Assembly: GCA_965243135.1 (NCBI GenBank)
Contig: OZ251539.1
Coordinates: forward strand, 4,256,001 to 4,320,000
Length of the DNA: 64,000 bases
Direction of reading: 5' to 3'
DNA from: Alphaproteobacteria bacterium
GTDB lineage: Bacteria; Pseudomonadota; Alphaproteobacteria; MPNO01; UBA830
Below, piece after piece: positions 52,263 through 63,020 of the stretch. Made by a program: the position numbers and the translations under genes. Under the pieces are notes generated by a model. That model made no database searches. It was not told the DNA's origin and saw only the letters and a program-made list of their open reading frames with translations. Position 1 is the first letter of the stretch. Each line of letters starts with the position of its first letter.

Positions 52263-52602
52263 GCCGCGAATATGAACTCCGGCGGCGGCCGCGAAAAGCG
52301 TTTCTGCGCGCCCGGACATTTTCGGCAAGTCGCCGCCGCGCTGACGCGACGCGCCTGCAAGCGCCGACAGCCCGTCTTGCGCTTCGCACAGGGGATCGTT
52401 CGCGCCGACCAGCGCCCGCGTCCGGCGTGGATTCAAGACTCGTTCGGCAGCCGTCTCGTCAAGGCCGAAGGCGGCGTCACGATCACCGAAACGGAGATTA
52501 TGTCGACAACCTCGGATTGACGCCAATGCGCGAGAAGCGTCAATATTCAACAATAGCGCTGTCCGACGAGCGCCACTGGAGCCGTGCGAGAGGTCGAAGA
52601 GG

Positions 52603-52986
52603 ATGGGAGCGACACATGTGACGGTAACGATCCGCAATCCGGCTGAACCGAACAGATTTTGGGAAGGACTTTTCCTGGTCGATACAGGCGCAACGGATTC
52701 ACTCGTGCCGGCGCCGCATCTCGAAGCCATCGGGCTCAAGTCCAAAGGCCGGCGAGTCTATGAACTGGCCGCCGGAAAAGAGATCGCGGTGGACATCACA
52801 ACGGCGGACATCGAATTCATGGGCGAAACGGTCGGCGGAACGATCCTGTTCGGCGCGGCGAACGCGGAGCCTTTGCTTGGAGTAACCGCTCTCGAGTCGG
52901 TCGGCATCGAGGTCGATCCGCTCGATCAGAGATTGAAGCGCCTTCCCGCCGCACGGCTCAAGGGAATCCCGCCGAAGGCGCTATGA
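52603..52986 (+). CDS. Clan AA aspartic protease (intact paralog of 29047)
   Basis: LVDTGA, PLLGVTALE. Confidence 0.88.
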   Translation: MGATHVTVTIRNPAEPNRFWEGLFLVDTGATDSLVPAPHLEAIGLKSKGRRVYELAAGKEIAVDITTADIEFMGETVGGTILFGAANAEPLLGVTALESVGIEVDPLDQRLKRLPAARLKGIPPKAL

Positions 52987-53068
52987 CGCGTACGCCTCGC
53001 GTGAGAGAGCGTCGGAGACGCTCATACGACGCAGAACGCTGCACCGCTGACGATACGACATCCGGAAA

Positions 53069-53246
53069 GGCTCAATTCGCATAAAGCATGTTTGACCCTG
53101 GACAGGGTTGCTCGACCGCGCCGAGGAACGATGAGGTTCCGAGAACGAAATTCGAGAAATCAGCGTTGTTTCGGAAAGTTACGGGAAGTTTTTGCAGGGT
53201 CGCGCTCGCTCGTCGTCAAGTGCCCGTCCATAACGCGAATTGAGCC
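53069..53246. mobile_element. 178-bp MITE, ISL3-like ends
   Basis: TIR GGCTCAATTCGC/GCGAATTGAGCC; 8-bp flanks TCCGGAAA and TGCGGAAA (7/8). Confidence 0.65.
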
Positions 53247-53569
53247 TGCGGAAAAGATCATCCTGATCGGCGGATGCAGATCCGACTTCGCCAAACCGGC
53301 AAATCCATAAAACGTTGATTTTCAAGAAAGCCGCGTGCTGTCCGCGCCCCTTCACCGCCGATTTCGACCGCTCGCCCGGCACGGTGGGCGAAGAACGGCC
53401 GCGCCGGTCCTGTTCTTCGGTCGCCTTCTCGAAAGCCGGTTTCGGGGTAACCGCCAGGAGCGCGCCTCCCCTCGGCTGGCCCGATCTTCGCCGGCGCGCC
53501 GGTTGGCCGCGCCGGGAGCTTTTGTTAGTTTGCGCGGCATCAAGTTCGCGAGGCTGGAGGCCGCCCGTC

Positions 53570-54340
53570 ATGTCGACCCTCGAAATTCACCAGATACCGA
53601 CCCGTTCCGACAACTACGTCTACCTCTTGCGCGAAAGTTCGTCGGGCAACGCAGCGGTCGTCGATCCTTCGGACGCGGCGCCGGTGCTCGAGACCCTGGA
53701 CATGTTCGGCTGGAACCTTACCCACATCCTCGCGACCCACCACCATGACGACCACATCGGCGGCGTCCCCGAAATAAAGGCCGCGACGAATTGCACGGTC
53801 GTCGGACCGCGAGCGGATCGCGAGCGGATCCCGCAGATCGACGTCGAGGTCGGCGACGGGGACGCCTACATGCTCTACGAGGCGGAAGCGAAGGTCTGGG
53901 ACGTTCCCGGCCATACTCGCGGGCACATCGCCTACTGGTTTGCCGAAAGCCGCGCCCTGTTCTGCGGCGACACCCTCTTCGCGCTCGGTTGCGGCCGGGT
54001 GTTCGAAGGAACGCATGCGCAGATGTACGCTTCGATCTCCAAATTCAGGGAAGTGCCGGACGACACATGGGTCTACTGCGCGCACGAGTATACGTCTGCC
54101 AACGCCAGATTCGCGCTGCACGTCGATCCCGGCAACGCCGCGCTCGCCGCTTACGCCAGACAGATCGAGCGGCGGCGCGAAGCGGGCGTCTCGACCGTCC
54201 CGTCGCTGATGGGGGTCGAGCGGCGAACCAACCCGTTCCTGCGCGCCGACGACCCGGCGTTCGCGAAAACGCTCGGCATGGAAGGCCGCGACGGAATCGA
54301 CGTTTTCTCCGAGGTGCGAACCAGAAAGGACACGTTCTGA
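53570..54340 (+). CDS. gloB: Hydroxyacylglutathione hydrolase
   Basis: DNYVYL, THHHDDH, PGHTRGH, GDTLF..GCGR, CAHEYT, TNPFLR. Confidence 0.92.
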   Translation: MSTLEIHQIPTRSDNYVYLLRESSSGNAAVVDPSDAAPVLETLDMFGWNLTHILATHHHDDHIGGVPEIKAATNCTVVGPRADRERIPQIDVEVGDGDAYMLYEAEAKVWDVPGHTRGHIAYWFAESRALFCGDTLFALGCGRVFEGTHAQMYASISKFREVPDDTWVYCAHEYTSANARFALHVDPGNAALAAYARQIERRREAGVSTVPSLMGVERRTNPFLRADDPAFAKTLGMEGRDGIDVFSEVRTRKDTF

Positions 54341-54455
54341 ACGCCGGGACTGCGTTCGACCCTGCTTCCATAACGAAAGTCGTCGCGGCGCCTGCGGCGG
54401 CGCAACGACCGCAAGACCGCGCAGCCGGGAGATTCCGGGGCGGACCGCCCGAAGA

Positions 54456-55178
54456 TCAGTACATGTGCTGGCCGCCGTTGATCGAGAGCGTCGAGCCGGT
54501 GATGAAATCCGCTTCGTCCGCCACCAGGAAAAGCACGCCCCGCGCAACGTCTTCGCCGCGCCCCAGCCGTCCCATGGGGATGCGCCGGATTATCTTCTCC
54601 AGAATGTCCGCCGGCACCGCCCTCACCATCTCGGTGTCGACGTATCCCGGCGCGATCGCGTTGACCGTGATGCCGTGAACGGCGCCTTCCTGGGCAAGCG
54701 CCTTGGTGAAGCCGTGTATGCCCGACTTGGCCGCCGCGTAGTTGACCTGTCCGTACTGGCCCGCCTGACCGTTGATCGATCCGATATTGACGATGCGCCC
54801 GAATTTCCGTTTCCGCATGCCTTCGATCACGCACCGCGACATGTTGAAGCACGACCCCAGATTGGTGTCGATCACCGCCTGCCAACTCTCGTGATCCATG
54901 CGATGCAGCGTGCCGTCCCGCGTGATGCCGGCATTGTTGACGAGTATGTCGACCGGACCGATATCGCTTTCGATGGAGGCGACGCCTTCCTTGCAGGATT
55001 CGAAGTCGGAAACGTCGATCTTGTAAACCGGGATCCCGGTGTCCCGATTGAATTCCCCGGCAGCCGCATCGTTTCCGCCGTAGACGGCCGCGACCGAGTA
55101 ACCCTTTTCGCTCATCTGCCGGGACACGATCCGGCCGATGCCTCGCGTACCACCCGTGACGATTGCGTTTCTCGGCAT
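54456..55178 (-). CDS. phbB: Acetoacetyl-CoA reductase
   Basis: TGGTRGIG, NNAGITRD, GQVNYAAAK. Confidence 0.92.
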   Translation of the reverse strand: MPRNAIVTGGTRGIGRIVSRQMSEKGYSVAAVYGGNDAAAGEFNRDTGIPVYKIDVSDFESCKEGVASIESDIGPVDILVNNAGITRDGTLHRMDHESWQAVIDTNLGSCFNMSRCVIEGMRKRKFGRIVNIGSINGQAGQYGQVNYAAAKSGIHGFTKALAQEGAVHGITVNAIAPGYVDTEMVRAVPADILEKIIRRIPMGRLGRGEDVARGVLFLVADEADFITGSTLSINGGQHMY

Positions 55179-55216
55179 GGCCCTTCTCCCAGGTTTCGTC
55201 GAGAACGGTCGCCCCG

Positions 55217-56485
<1,269 letters not shown>

Positions 56486-56503
56486 TCAAAGACGCCGCCG
56501 GCT

Positions 56504-57709
56504 TCAGGGCTTTCCCGCCGCATATTGGAGCCAGTCCGCCAGGGATGACCACAGCCCGGCTTCCGCCCGCCCCCCGACCACCATTCCGATGTGACCGGCG
56601 CGCGGCGCCAACGTCCGGACGGCAGGCAGCGCGCGAGCGAGGGCCGCCGCGGATTCCGGCGGCACGATGCGGTCTTGCGACGGGAGAACCGCCAGCGCCG
56701 GAACGTGGATCCCGGCCGGATCCACGACGGCGCCGGCGATCTTCCACCTGCCGGCCGCCGGCTCGTTCTCGACGTACCAACCGAACAAGCATTCGCGGGC
56801 GACCGGACCGGCGAGCGGAACGCCGTCGTTCAACCAGTCTTCGAGGGCGACGAAGATCTCGGCCTCTTCGCCGTTCGGATCCATTTCGGCGAACCGCCGG
56901 AACTTGATCCAGCTCTGCGTCGGATCGAGGGCCAGAAACAACGCCTGCAACGCGTCGACGGGCAGGCAGCCCCGAGAGGAAACGATCCGTTCGAGAACGG
57001 CGGCGCATGCCGCGACCGCCGGCGGCGGACCGCCGCCGTCCGCGTGAAAGTCCCACGGCGCCGCCAGCAAGGCCAGGGCGGACACCATGTCTCCCGTCAG
57101 CGACGCCAGCGCCGTCGCGAGCGTTCCCCCCATGCAGTACCCGATTACCGGCACGCCGCCTCCGGCCAGAGCGTTCGCGACGCGCAACGCCTCGACGAGA
57201 TCGCCGGCGACGTAGTCGTCGAGAGAGCGGTCGAGTTCGCCGCCGCCGGGCGCGCCCCAATCGACCAGAAGAGGGCGAAAACCCCGCGACGCGAGATATC
57301 GAAGCAGGCTGCGCCGCGCGGTCAGGTCGAGGACATGGCTGCGATTGACGAGAGAAGGAACGACGAAGACGGGCGAACCGCCCGTCCCGTAGTCGTACAA
57401 TCTCGTGGAGCCGGACTCCCAGAGCGCCGGAGGCGGCGCGACCGTCCGCCGGTACGGATGCGAACGGTAGGTTTCGACGCCCTTCAGAAACGCGGCGTGC
57501 CGGGACGCGAGTTCCCATCGCAGCGAGGCGCCGAACGCTTCAGGGTTCGCGTTCGCCAGATCCTTCCGCAGCGTCTCGCCGATTTCCGCCAGTTCGCCCT
57601 TCCACGGCCGCCAGCCGCCGCTCAAGAGCGGCCACGCGGCGAGCGAGCTCGCGGAGATCGTCGCGACCGTCATCAGGTGAAGCGGCAGAGGGCGCGGGCC
57701 GGTTCGCAT
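56504..57709 (-). CDS. PHA synthase-like alpha/beta hydrolase
   Basis: VPSLVNR..VLDL, GYCMGG, DRIVP, GHIG; directly upstream of phbAB. Confidence 0.8.
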   Translation of the reverse strand: MRTGPRPLPLHLMTVATISASSLAAWPLLSGGWRPWKGELAEIGETLRKDLANANPEAFGASLRWELASRHAAFLKGVETYRSHPYRRTVAPPPALWESGSTRLYDYGTGGSPVFVVPSLVNRSHVLDLTARRSLLRYLASRGFRPLLVDWGAPGGGELDRSLDDYVAGDLVEALRVANALAGGGVPVIGYCMGGTLATALASLTGDMVSALALLAAPWDFHADGGGPPPAVAACAAVLERIVSSRGCLPVDALQALFLALDPTQSWIKFRRFAEMDPNGEEAEIFVALEDWLNDGVPLAGPVARECLFGWYVENEPAAGRWKIAGAVVDPAGIHVPALAVLPSQDRIVPPESAAALARALPAVRTLAPRAGHIGMVVGGRAEAGLWSSLADWLQYAAGKP

Positions 57710-57860
57710 CAGCGAGCGGCTCCGCCGCGCCGAACCACCGAACGAAATCCATCATCCGTTCGGCGGCGAAATCCGGATCGTTCGCGGTTTGCGCGAGATG
57801 TTGCTGCCACAGGTCGAGATAGCGGCGGACGAGCGCGCTTACATCCGGTAACTCGTTCAT
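57540..57860 (-). CDS. Small hypothetical protein with C-terminal coiled coil, overlapping the phaC-like gene
   Basis: LVRRYLDLWQQHL...DP...LRELARRVAALERRLAAVE. Confidence 0.6.
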   Translation of the reverse strand: MNELPDVSALVRRYLDLWQQHLAQTANDPDFAAERMMDFVRWFGAAEPLADANRPAPSAASPDDGRDDLRELARRVAALERRLAAVEGRTGGNRRDAAEGSGEREP

Positions 57861-58163
57861 GCGGCCCAATATACCGGTTCGCGCCCGAGATTTCACGGAG
57901 TCGCGCCATGCGCCGATGAGGAAGCGGCCGCTCCCTGGGGCGAACGCCCGACCGCGGAAAAGGAGCGCCGCGGATTGCGGCGAACCGGCCGTCGCGAAGG
58001 CGGCCGACTGGCCGGACCGAGGGGACAGGCCGCCGCGACGGAAGCGGAGACGGCGCGCGGCGCGCGAATGGAGCGCGCGCTTCGGTCCCAAGCGACGCGC
58101 CCGTTTCCCTATGGCCCGCCGACGAAAGATTGAAAGGCGACGGCCCGCGGCCGAAGCCGCCCG

Positions 58164-59273
58164 TCACGGATCGGGAGGTCCGAAACCCGGATGCGGAGGC
58201 ACGGTCTCGTTCGCGGTCAACGCCCGGCGGCCGCCGAACCGCTCCTTCCAGAGATCGATCGCCTCGGGATTGAAAACGTTGTTCGGCACGTCGCCGCTCA
58301 GCGCCTGCAGCACGGCGTTGGTCGCCCACCGGTAGCCGGGCCCGAGCCCGCTTCCGTCGTTCGCCGAAACCATGTGCGGCGACAACGTCACCTTGTCGCC
58401 GAGCCGGAGAAGCGGAGAATCGGCGGGCACGGGCTCGTCGCGGAAGGCGTCGATCGCGGCTCCGGCGATGGCGCCGCTCTCCAGGGCTTCCGCCAGAGCG
58501 TCCTCGTCGACGTTCGCGCCCCGGGACGTGTTGATGAAGATCGCGTCCGGCTTCATTCGGGCGAACTGCTCGGCGCCCATCAGGCGGGCGGTCTCGGCGG
58601 TGTGCGCGCAATGCAACGTAACGATGTCGGCGTGCTCCAGAAGGTATTCCAGCTCGACCCTTTCCGCGCCCTTGCTCGCGAAACGCTCTTCCTCGATATG
58701 GGGATCGCAGGCGACGATGCGCATGCCCCATGGCGCGAAGAGCCGGGCGACCCGGCCGCCGATGCGGCCGAGCCCGATGATGCCGAGCGTAAGGCCGGGA
58801 TAGCCGTCGCTCGCGCGGGCGCCGAGATACCTGCCGGTCAGTTCCCCGTCGCGCCATCTCCCGGCCTTGACCGCGGCGTCCCTCTGCGCCGTCTTCTTGA
58901 GCTGAGCCAGGATCATGGCGACGGTCCCCTCCGCGACCCCCCAACAGTTCGACTCGGTCGGCCCGTGGCAGACGAGGATGCCGAGCTCGGTCGCCGCGTC
59001 GACGTCGACGTCGTCGGTGCCCACCGTGCACTTCGCGACGACGCGCAGATCCGGACTGGCTTCGAGAATCCGGCGCGTCAGCCGGCTCGAACGGATCGAC
59101 GTGCCCAGCAACGCCTCCGCGCCCGCCGCGTAACGCGCCACCTCGTCCTCGCTGTTCCTCTCCGGCGCATGCCATGCGGCTTCGCCGAAAACGAGGTCGC
59201 ACCCGAACCTCTCGAGCTCCGCGTGGCAGGCGTCCATTCCTGCGACGGGCGCGAATACGAGAACTCTCGTCAT
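58164..59273 (-). CDS. D-2-hydroxyacid dehydrogenase family protein
   Basis: VGTDDVD, GLGRIG, INTSRG, DAFRDEP, SPH. Confidence 0.9.
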   Translation of the reverse strand: MTRVLVFAPVAGMDACHAELERFGCDLVFGEAAWHAPERNSEDEVARYAAGAEALLGTSIRSSRLTRRILEASPDLRVVAKCTVGTDDVDVDAATELGILVCHGPTESNCWGVAEGTVAMILAQLKKTAQRDAAVKAGRWRDGELTGRYLGARASDGYPGLTLGIIGLGRIGGRVARLFAPWGMRIVACDPHIEEERFASKGAERVELEYLLEHADIVTLHCAHTAETARLMGAEQFARMKPDAIFINTSRGANVDEDALAEALESGAIAGAAIDAFRDEPVPADSPLLRLGDKVTLSPHMVSANDGSGLGPGYRWATNAVLQALSGDVPNNVFNPEAIDLWKERFGGRRALTANETVPPHPGFGPPDP

Positions 59274-59770
59274 GTCTCTCCCTCCGTGACGCGGTTGATG
59301 AAATAACGTCCCGGACGGACGCCCGGCGGCAGCGGCAGCGGCGTCCAGCCGCCGGCCCGGTATTCCTGGTCGCTGATCACGACGCCGCCGGGCGCCATCA
59401 GCGTCGAGAGAGCCGGCGCGACGACCGCCGCCAGCCGCGCGTTCGCGCTCCTGTCGCCGGTTCCCATGTCGCAGTGGGCGAGCGCCGCCCGCGCGCCGAT
59501 GCGCGCAAGGGCGCCGGACAACGTTTCGGCGATGTCGCCGAGCACCATGTGGCGGTCGTCGGGGACGCAGTCGGGGTGCGCGGCCACGCGGCGGTCGAAC
59601 ACGAAAATCTCCCGGTCGGGAAACAGCTCGCGCAGATGGTCGTAGGTCCGCCCGTTGCCGAGGCCCAACTCGAGCACGGGGCCCGGAACGCCGGCGACCA
59701 GCTCGACGGCCGCGTTCAGGCAGTCGCGCTGCGCGGCGACGCGGCGAATGAAGGAGTCGAGCCTGCTCAC
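59270..59770 (-). CDS. Small SAM-dependent methyltransferase (Methyltransf_17-like)
   Basis: SRLDSFIRR, LELGLGNGRTYDHLR, HCDMGTG; GTG start. Confidence 0.82.
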   Translation of the reverse strand: MSRLDSFIRRVAAQRDCLNAAVELVAGVPGPVLELGLGNGRTYDHLRELFPDREIFVFDRRVAAHPDCVPDDRHMVLGDIAETLSGALARIGARAALAHCDMGTGDRSANARLAAVVAPALSTLMAPGGVVISDQEYRAGGWTPLPLPPGVRPGRYFINRVTEGET

Positions 59771-60216
59771 CCCCGGCTCTTCGCCTCGCGCAGTTGCGCG
59801 GTCGTCGCCTCCAGACGCTGGGCAAGTTCGCGCATAACCCCGACCGCCATGTCGGGGAACTCGCCGATCAGCCTGAAGAATAGCTCCTTGGTGATCGCGA
59901 GGGTGACCAGCTCCGACTCGGCGCGCACGGTCGCGGTGCGCGGAACGTCGATCAGAATCGCGATTTCGCCGACGAAATCGTTCTTCCCCAGCTTCGCCAC
60001 CGAAAGCTCTCCCCCGGGCGTGTCGACCACCACGTCGGCCCGGCCCTCGAGAATGATGTAGGCCGTGTTGCCCGGGTCGCCCTGACGGAACAGCTCCTGT
60101 CCGTCGGGGAACGTCAGGCGCTCGCTGGTGAAGGCGAGAAGCTTGAGTATCGACGGCTCGATCTTCGCGAACAGCGGAACGCTGCGCAGGGCCTCGACTT
60201 CCTCGTTCAGACTCAC
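59767..60216 (-). CDS. Stand-alone cyclic nucleotide-binding domain protein
   Basis: LFRQGDPG, GEIAILIDVPRTATVRA. Confidence 0.9.
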   Translation of the reverse strand: MSLNEEVEALRSVPLFAKIEPSILKLLAFTSERLTFPDGQELFRQGDPGNTAYIILEGRADVVVDTPGGELSVAKLGKNDFVGEIAILIDVPRTATVRAESELVTLAITKELFFRLIGEFPDMAVGVMRELAQRLEATTAQLREAKSRG

Positions 60217-60231
60217 CGGATTCCTCCACCG

Positions 60232-62868
60232 CTATTCCGCGTCGATCAGTTCGCGAAGCGCCGTGCCCGGGCGGTCGAGCTCCTCGAACGATCCCTGTTC
60301 TACCACGCGGCCGGATTTCATGACGATGACCTTGTCGAACGCCCTCGCCATGGACGCCCTGTGCACCGCCCAGATCAGGCCGCGGCCGGCCATTTCCTTC
60401 TTGAGTCCTTCCAGAATTTCGGCTTGCGCCGCGCCGTCGAGGGCGGCCGTCGCCTCGTTCAGGATCAGAATGTCGGGCCGCTTCAGCGCGGCCCGCGCGA
60501 TGCCGAGCTTCTGCCGTTGCGCGCCGGACAGGCGGCCGCCGCCGGTGCCGACGTGGAAGTCGAGCCCCACGCCCATGACGGCCGACCGCAGGTCGAGCGA
60601 CCGGATGACGTCGGCGATGATCTCGCCGATCCTCTCGGCGCCGCCGGCGTGGCCGTAGGCGAGCTTCCCGAACAGGATGTTGTCCTGCAGCGACGCGGAA
60701 GCGTTGAAGCGCTCCGCATCGAAAAACTCCACGCCGCCGCGGCGCGGCAGCCCCGCCCGGAACGCTTTTCGCGCCTTCAGGATGCGGGCGCGGATATCGT
60801 CGTTGACGATGCCGAGCCGATGCCGGGCCGGGCAAAGCTTGAACGGCAGCGACAACAGCATCGTGCGCTCTTCGGGCCGCAAGGCGTCGAACCCGTGGCG
60901 GCCGCTGCGGACGAGAACCGACTGGAACTCCGGAAGGTCGTCGGAGGAAATGAAGCTGAACTGCTCGAAGAACGGATGGCCGCGAGGCAGGTCGGCGAAG
61001 ATCTCCACCATCGTCGACGCGACCTGCTGGCCGGCGTCGAGGAAAATTTCGACCAGGTCCTCGGATTCCAGCAACGCGAGGACGTACGGGTTCTCCGCGA
61101 GGCGGTCCATGCCGAACGCGGGATCGACCGGCGTGCCGAAGAGAAGGTTCTCGCCGAGAGTCGCGTTGTCGTTGTAGCGGTCGGAATCGAACGTCTCGAC
61201 CAGCGCCGCGATTTTCGGATCGTCGAGGCGCGCGCGAAACGCCGCGCGCGCCTCCATGAAGCGCGCCGCGAGGTCGCCGTCCGGATCTGTCGACCCGCGC
61301 AGGCCGAGCTCGTAGATGTCGCGATCGAGTCCCACCAGGGACAGGACCTCGAACGCCCGGTCGACGAGCGCGTCGCCCGTGGCGGCGTAATCGGTCCAGT
61401 CGGCGTCCGGATCGTCGGTCGAATTGCCGGTCGCCCGCGCCTCCGCGAGCCGGCGGGCCTCGCGAGCGGCCTCCTCGGGACCGCGCTCGGACGCGCGCAG
61501 CGGCGCGTGCCGCACGCCGTAGAGCAGATTGTCGCGCACCGTGGTCGAGAACATGAATGCGGCCGGTCCGACGTAGGCGAGGCGGCGGCCCGTCACCGCC
61601 TCCGGCAGCTCGTCGGCGAGCGCGCCGCCGATCCGGAGCGCGCCGGAATCGGGATTCAGCAGCCGCGCCAGCATCTGCGCCGTCTCGTCCTTGCCGGATC
61701 CGCCTATTCCCGCCAGCGCCACGTGATCCGTCGCGGCGAAGGCGAACGAGGCGTCGTCCACCAGCCTGGCCTCGGTGTCGTCGGTCAGCCCGATGCCCGC
61801 CGCGGCGATCTCGCCGCCGAGCGGCTCGACCGTCTCGGGTTCGTCGAGCTGCTGCCCAGAATCCATCATGCCGGGCGCCGCGAACTGCTCGACGACCTGC
61901 TCGAACTTGATCCGGGCGTCCTGCTGCCGCTGGTAGAAATTGAGCAGCTCCTTCCAGGGCGCGGCCAGATCCTTGTGCGCCGCGATCGCCGCCATCAGCG
62001 TGCCGATGTCCAGTTCGCCTTCGATGACCAGCCAGCCGCCGATCGCGTAGAAGCAGAACGGGCCGAGCTGATTGATCGAATTGTTGAGGAACTTGATGAC
62101 GAATTTCCAGACGTAGATCCGGAGCCGCACCTCGTAGATCGCACCGAGCTGCCGGGAAAACGCCGCCAGCTCGCGCCGCGCCGCGTTGTTCGCATGCACC
62201 TCCTGAACGCCCGCCACCGTCTCGCCGATCCGGTCGGACAGCCGCCGCACGAGACGGACCCGCTCCTTGGCGAGCTGGTTCACGCGGCGCTGCAGCTTCG
62301 GAATGACGTAGAGCTGAAGCGGATACAGCGCGACCGCCGCCAGCGCCACCAGCCAGTTCTGGATGAACAGGAACGCCAGAATGACGACGAGATAGCCGCC
62401 CTGGAAAACGGGAAGCTTGAAGGCGTCTCCGATGAACCCGCCGAGCGGCTCGACCTCGGAGGCGATCATCGTGATCAACTCTCCCTGCGAGGTCTTCCGG
62501 AACCGCGGAAGCGGGAAACGAAGGATGCGCCCGTAGAGGTCGTAGCGCAGGCGCCGCAGCATGCGTTCCCCGGTGACGCCGCTGTAGACGTTGATGACGT
62601 ATTTGAACCCCTGATTGACGGCGACCAGCAGCAGGAAGACTCCGGACAGCGCGAGCAGGTAGGAGATCTGGTCCAGCTGGAATCCCTGGACGGCCACCGG
62701 AAAGTCGACGCCCTTCGCCTCGATCGCGTCGTTGATGATCAGCTTCGGCAGCTCGTAGAACGCGTAGAGAAAGGGAAACGAGGCGATCGCCATGACGGTC
62801 AGGACGATCTGGCGGCCGAGCGAGTGCTCGAATATGTATCTGTAGACGTTCTTGTCCACGAGGGGCAT
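60232..62868 (-). CDS. ABC exporter (TMD plus an interrupted NBD)
   Basis: N-terminal TM domain, GIGGSGKDE, LSGAQRQ, ILILNEATAALD. Confidence 0.88.
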   Translation of the reverse strand: MPLVDKNVYRYIFEHSLGRQIVLTVMAIASFPFLYAFYELPKLIINDAIEAKGVDFPVAVQGFQLDQISYLLALSGVFLLLVAVNQGFKYVINVYSGVTGERMLRRLRYDLYGRILRFPLPRFRKTSQGELITMIASEVEPLGGFIGDAFKLPVFQGGYLVVILAFLFIQNWLVALAAVALYPLQLYVIPKLQRRVNQLAKERVRLVRRLSDRIGETVAGVQEVHANNAARRELAAFSRQLGAIYEVRLRIYVWKFVIKFLNNSINQLGPFCFYAIGGWLVIEGELDIGTLMAAIAAHKDLAAPWKELLNFYQRQQDARIKFEQVVEQFAAPGMMDSGQQLDEPETVEPLGGEIAAAGIGLTDDTEARLVDDASFAFAATDHVALAGIGGSGKDETAQMLARLLNPDSGALRIGGALADELPEAVTGRRLAYVGPAAFMFSTTVRDNLLYGVRHAPLRASERGPEEAAREARRLAEARATGNSTDDPDADWTDYAATGDALVDRAFEVLSLVGLDRDIYELGLRGSTDPDGDLAARFMEARAAFRARLDDPKIAALVETFDSDRYNDNATLGENLLFGTPVDPAFGMDRLAENPYVLALLESEDLVEIFLDAGQQVASTMVEIFADLPRGHPFFEQFSFISSDDLPEFQSVLVRSGRHGFDALRPEERTMLLSLPFKLCPARHRLGIVNDDIRARILKARKAFRAGLPRRGGVEFFDAERFNASASLQDNILFGKLAYGHAGGAERIGEIIADVIRSLDLRSAVMGVGLDFHVGTGGGRLSGAQRQKLGIARAALKRPDILILNEATAALDGAAQAEILEGLKKEMAGRGLIWAVHRASMARAFDKVIVMKSGRVVEQGSFEELDRPGTALRELIDAE

Positions 62869-63020
62869 CCGGATTCCGGCAGCGACGCGGCCGTTTTTAC
62901 GACAGGGCCGCGCCCGGCCGCAACGCGCCCGTCGCGGACGCGGAGGCGGACCCGCCGCGGCGCGGTGTTTACATGCATGGGATCCGCGCTATTTACATGC
63001 CGAAACGCGGGGAGTTCGCG

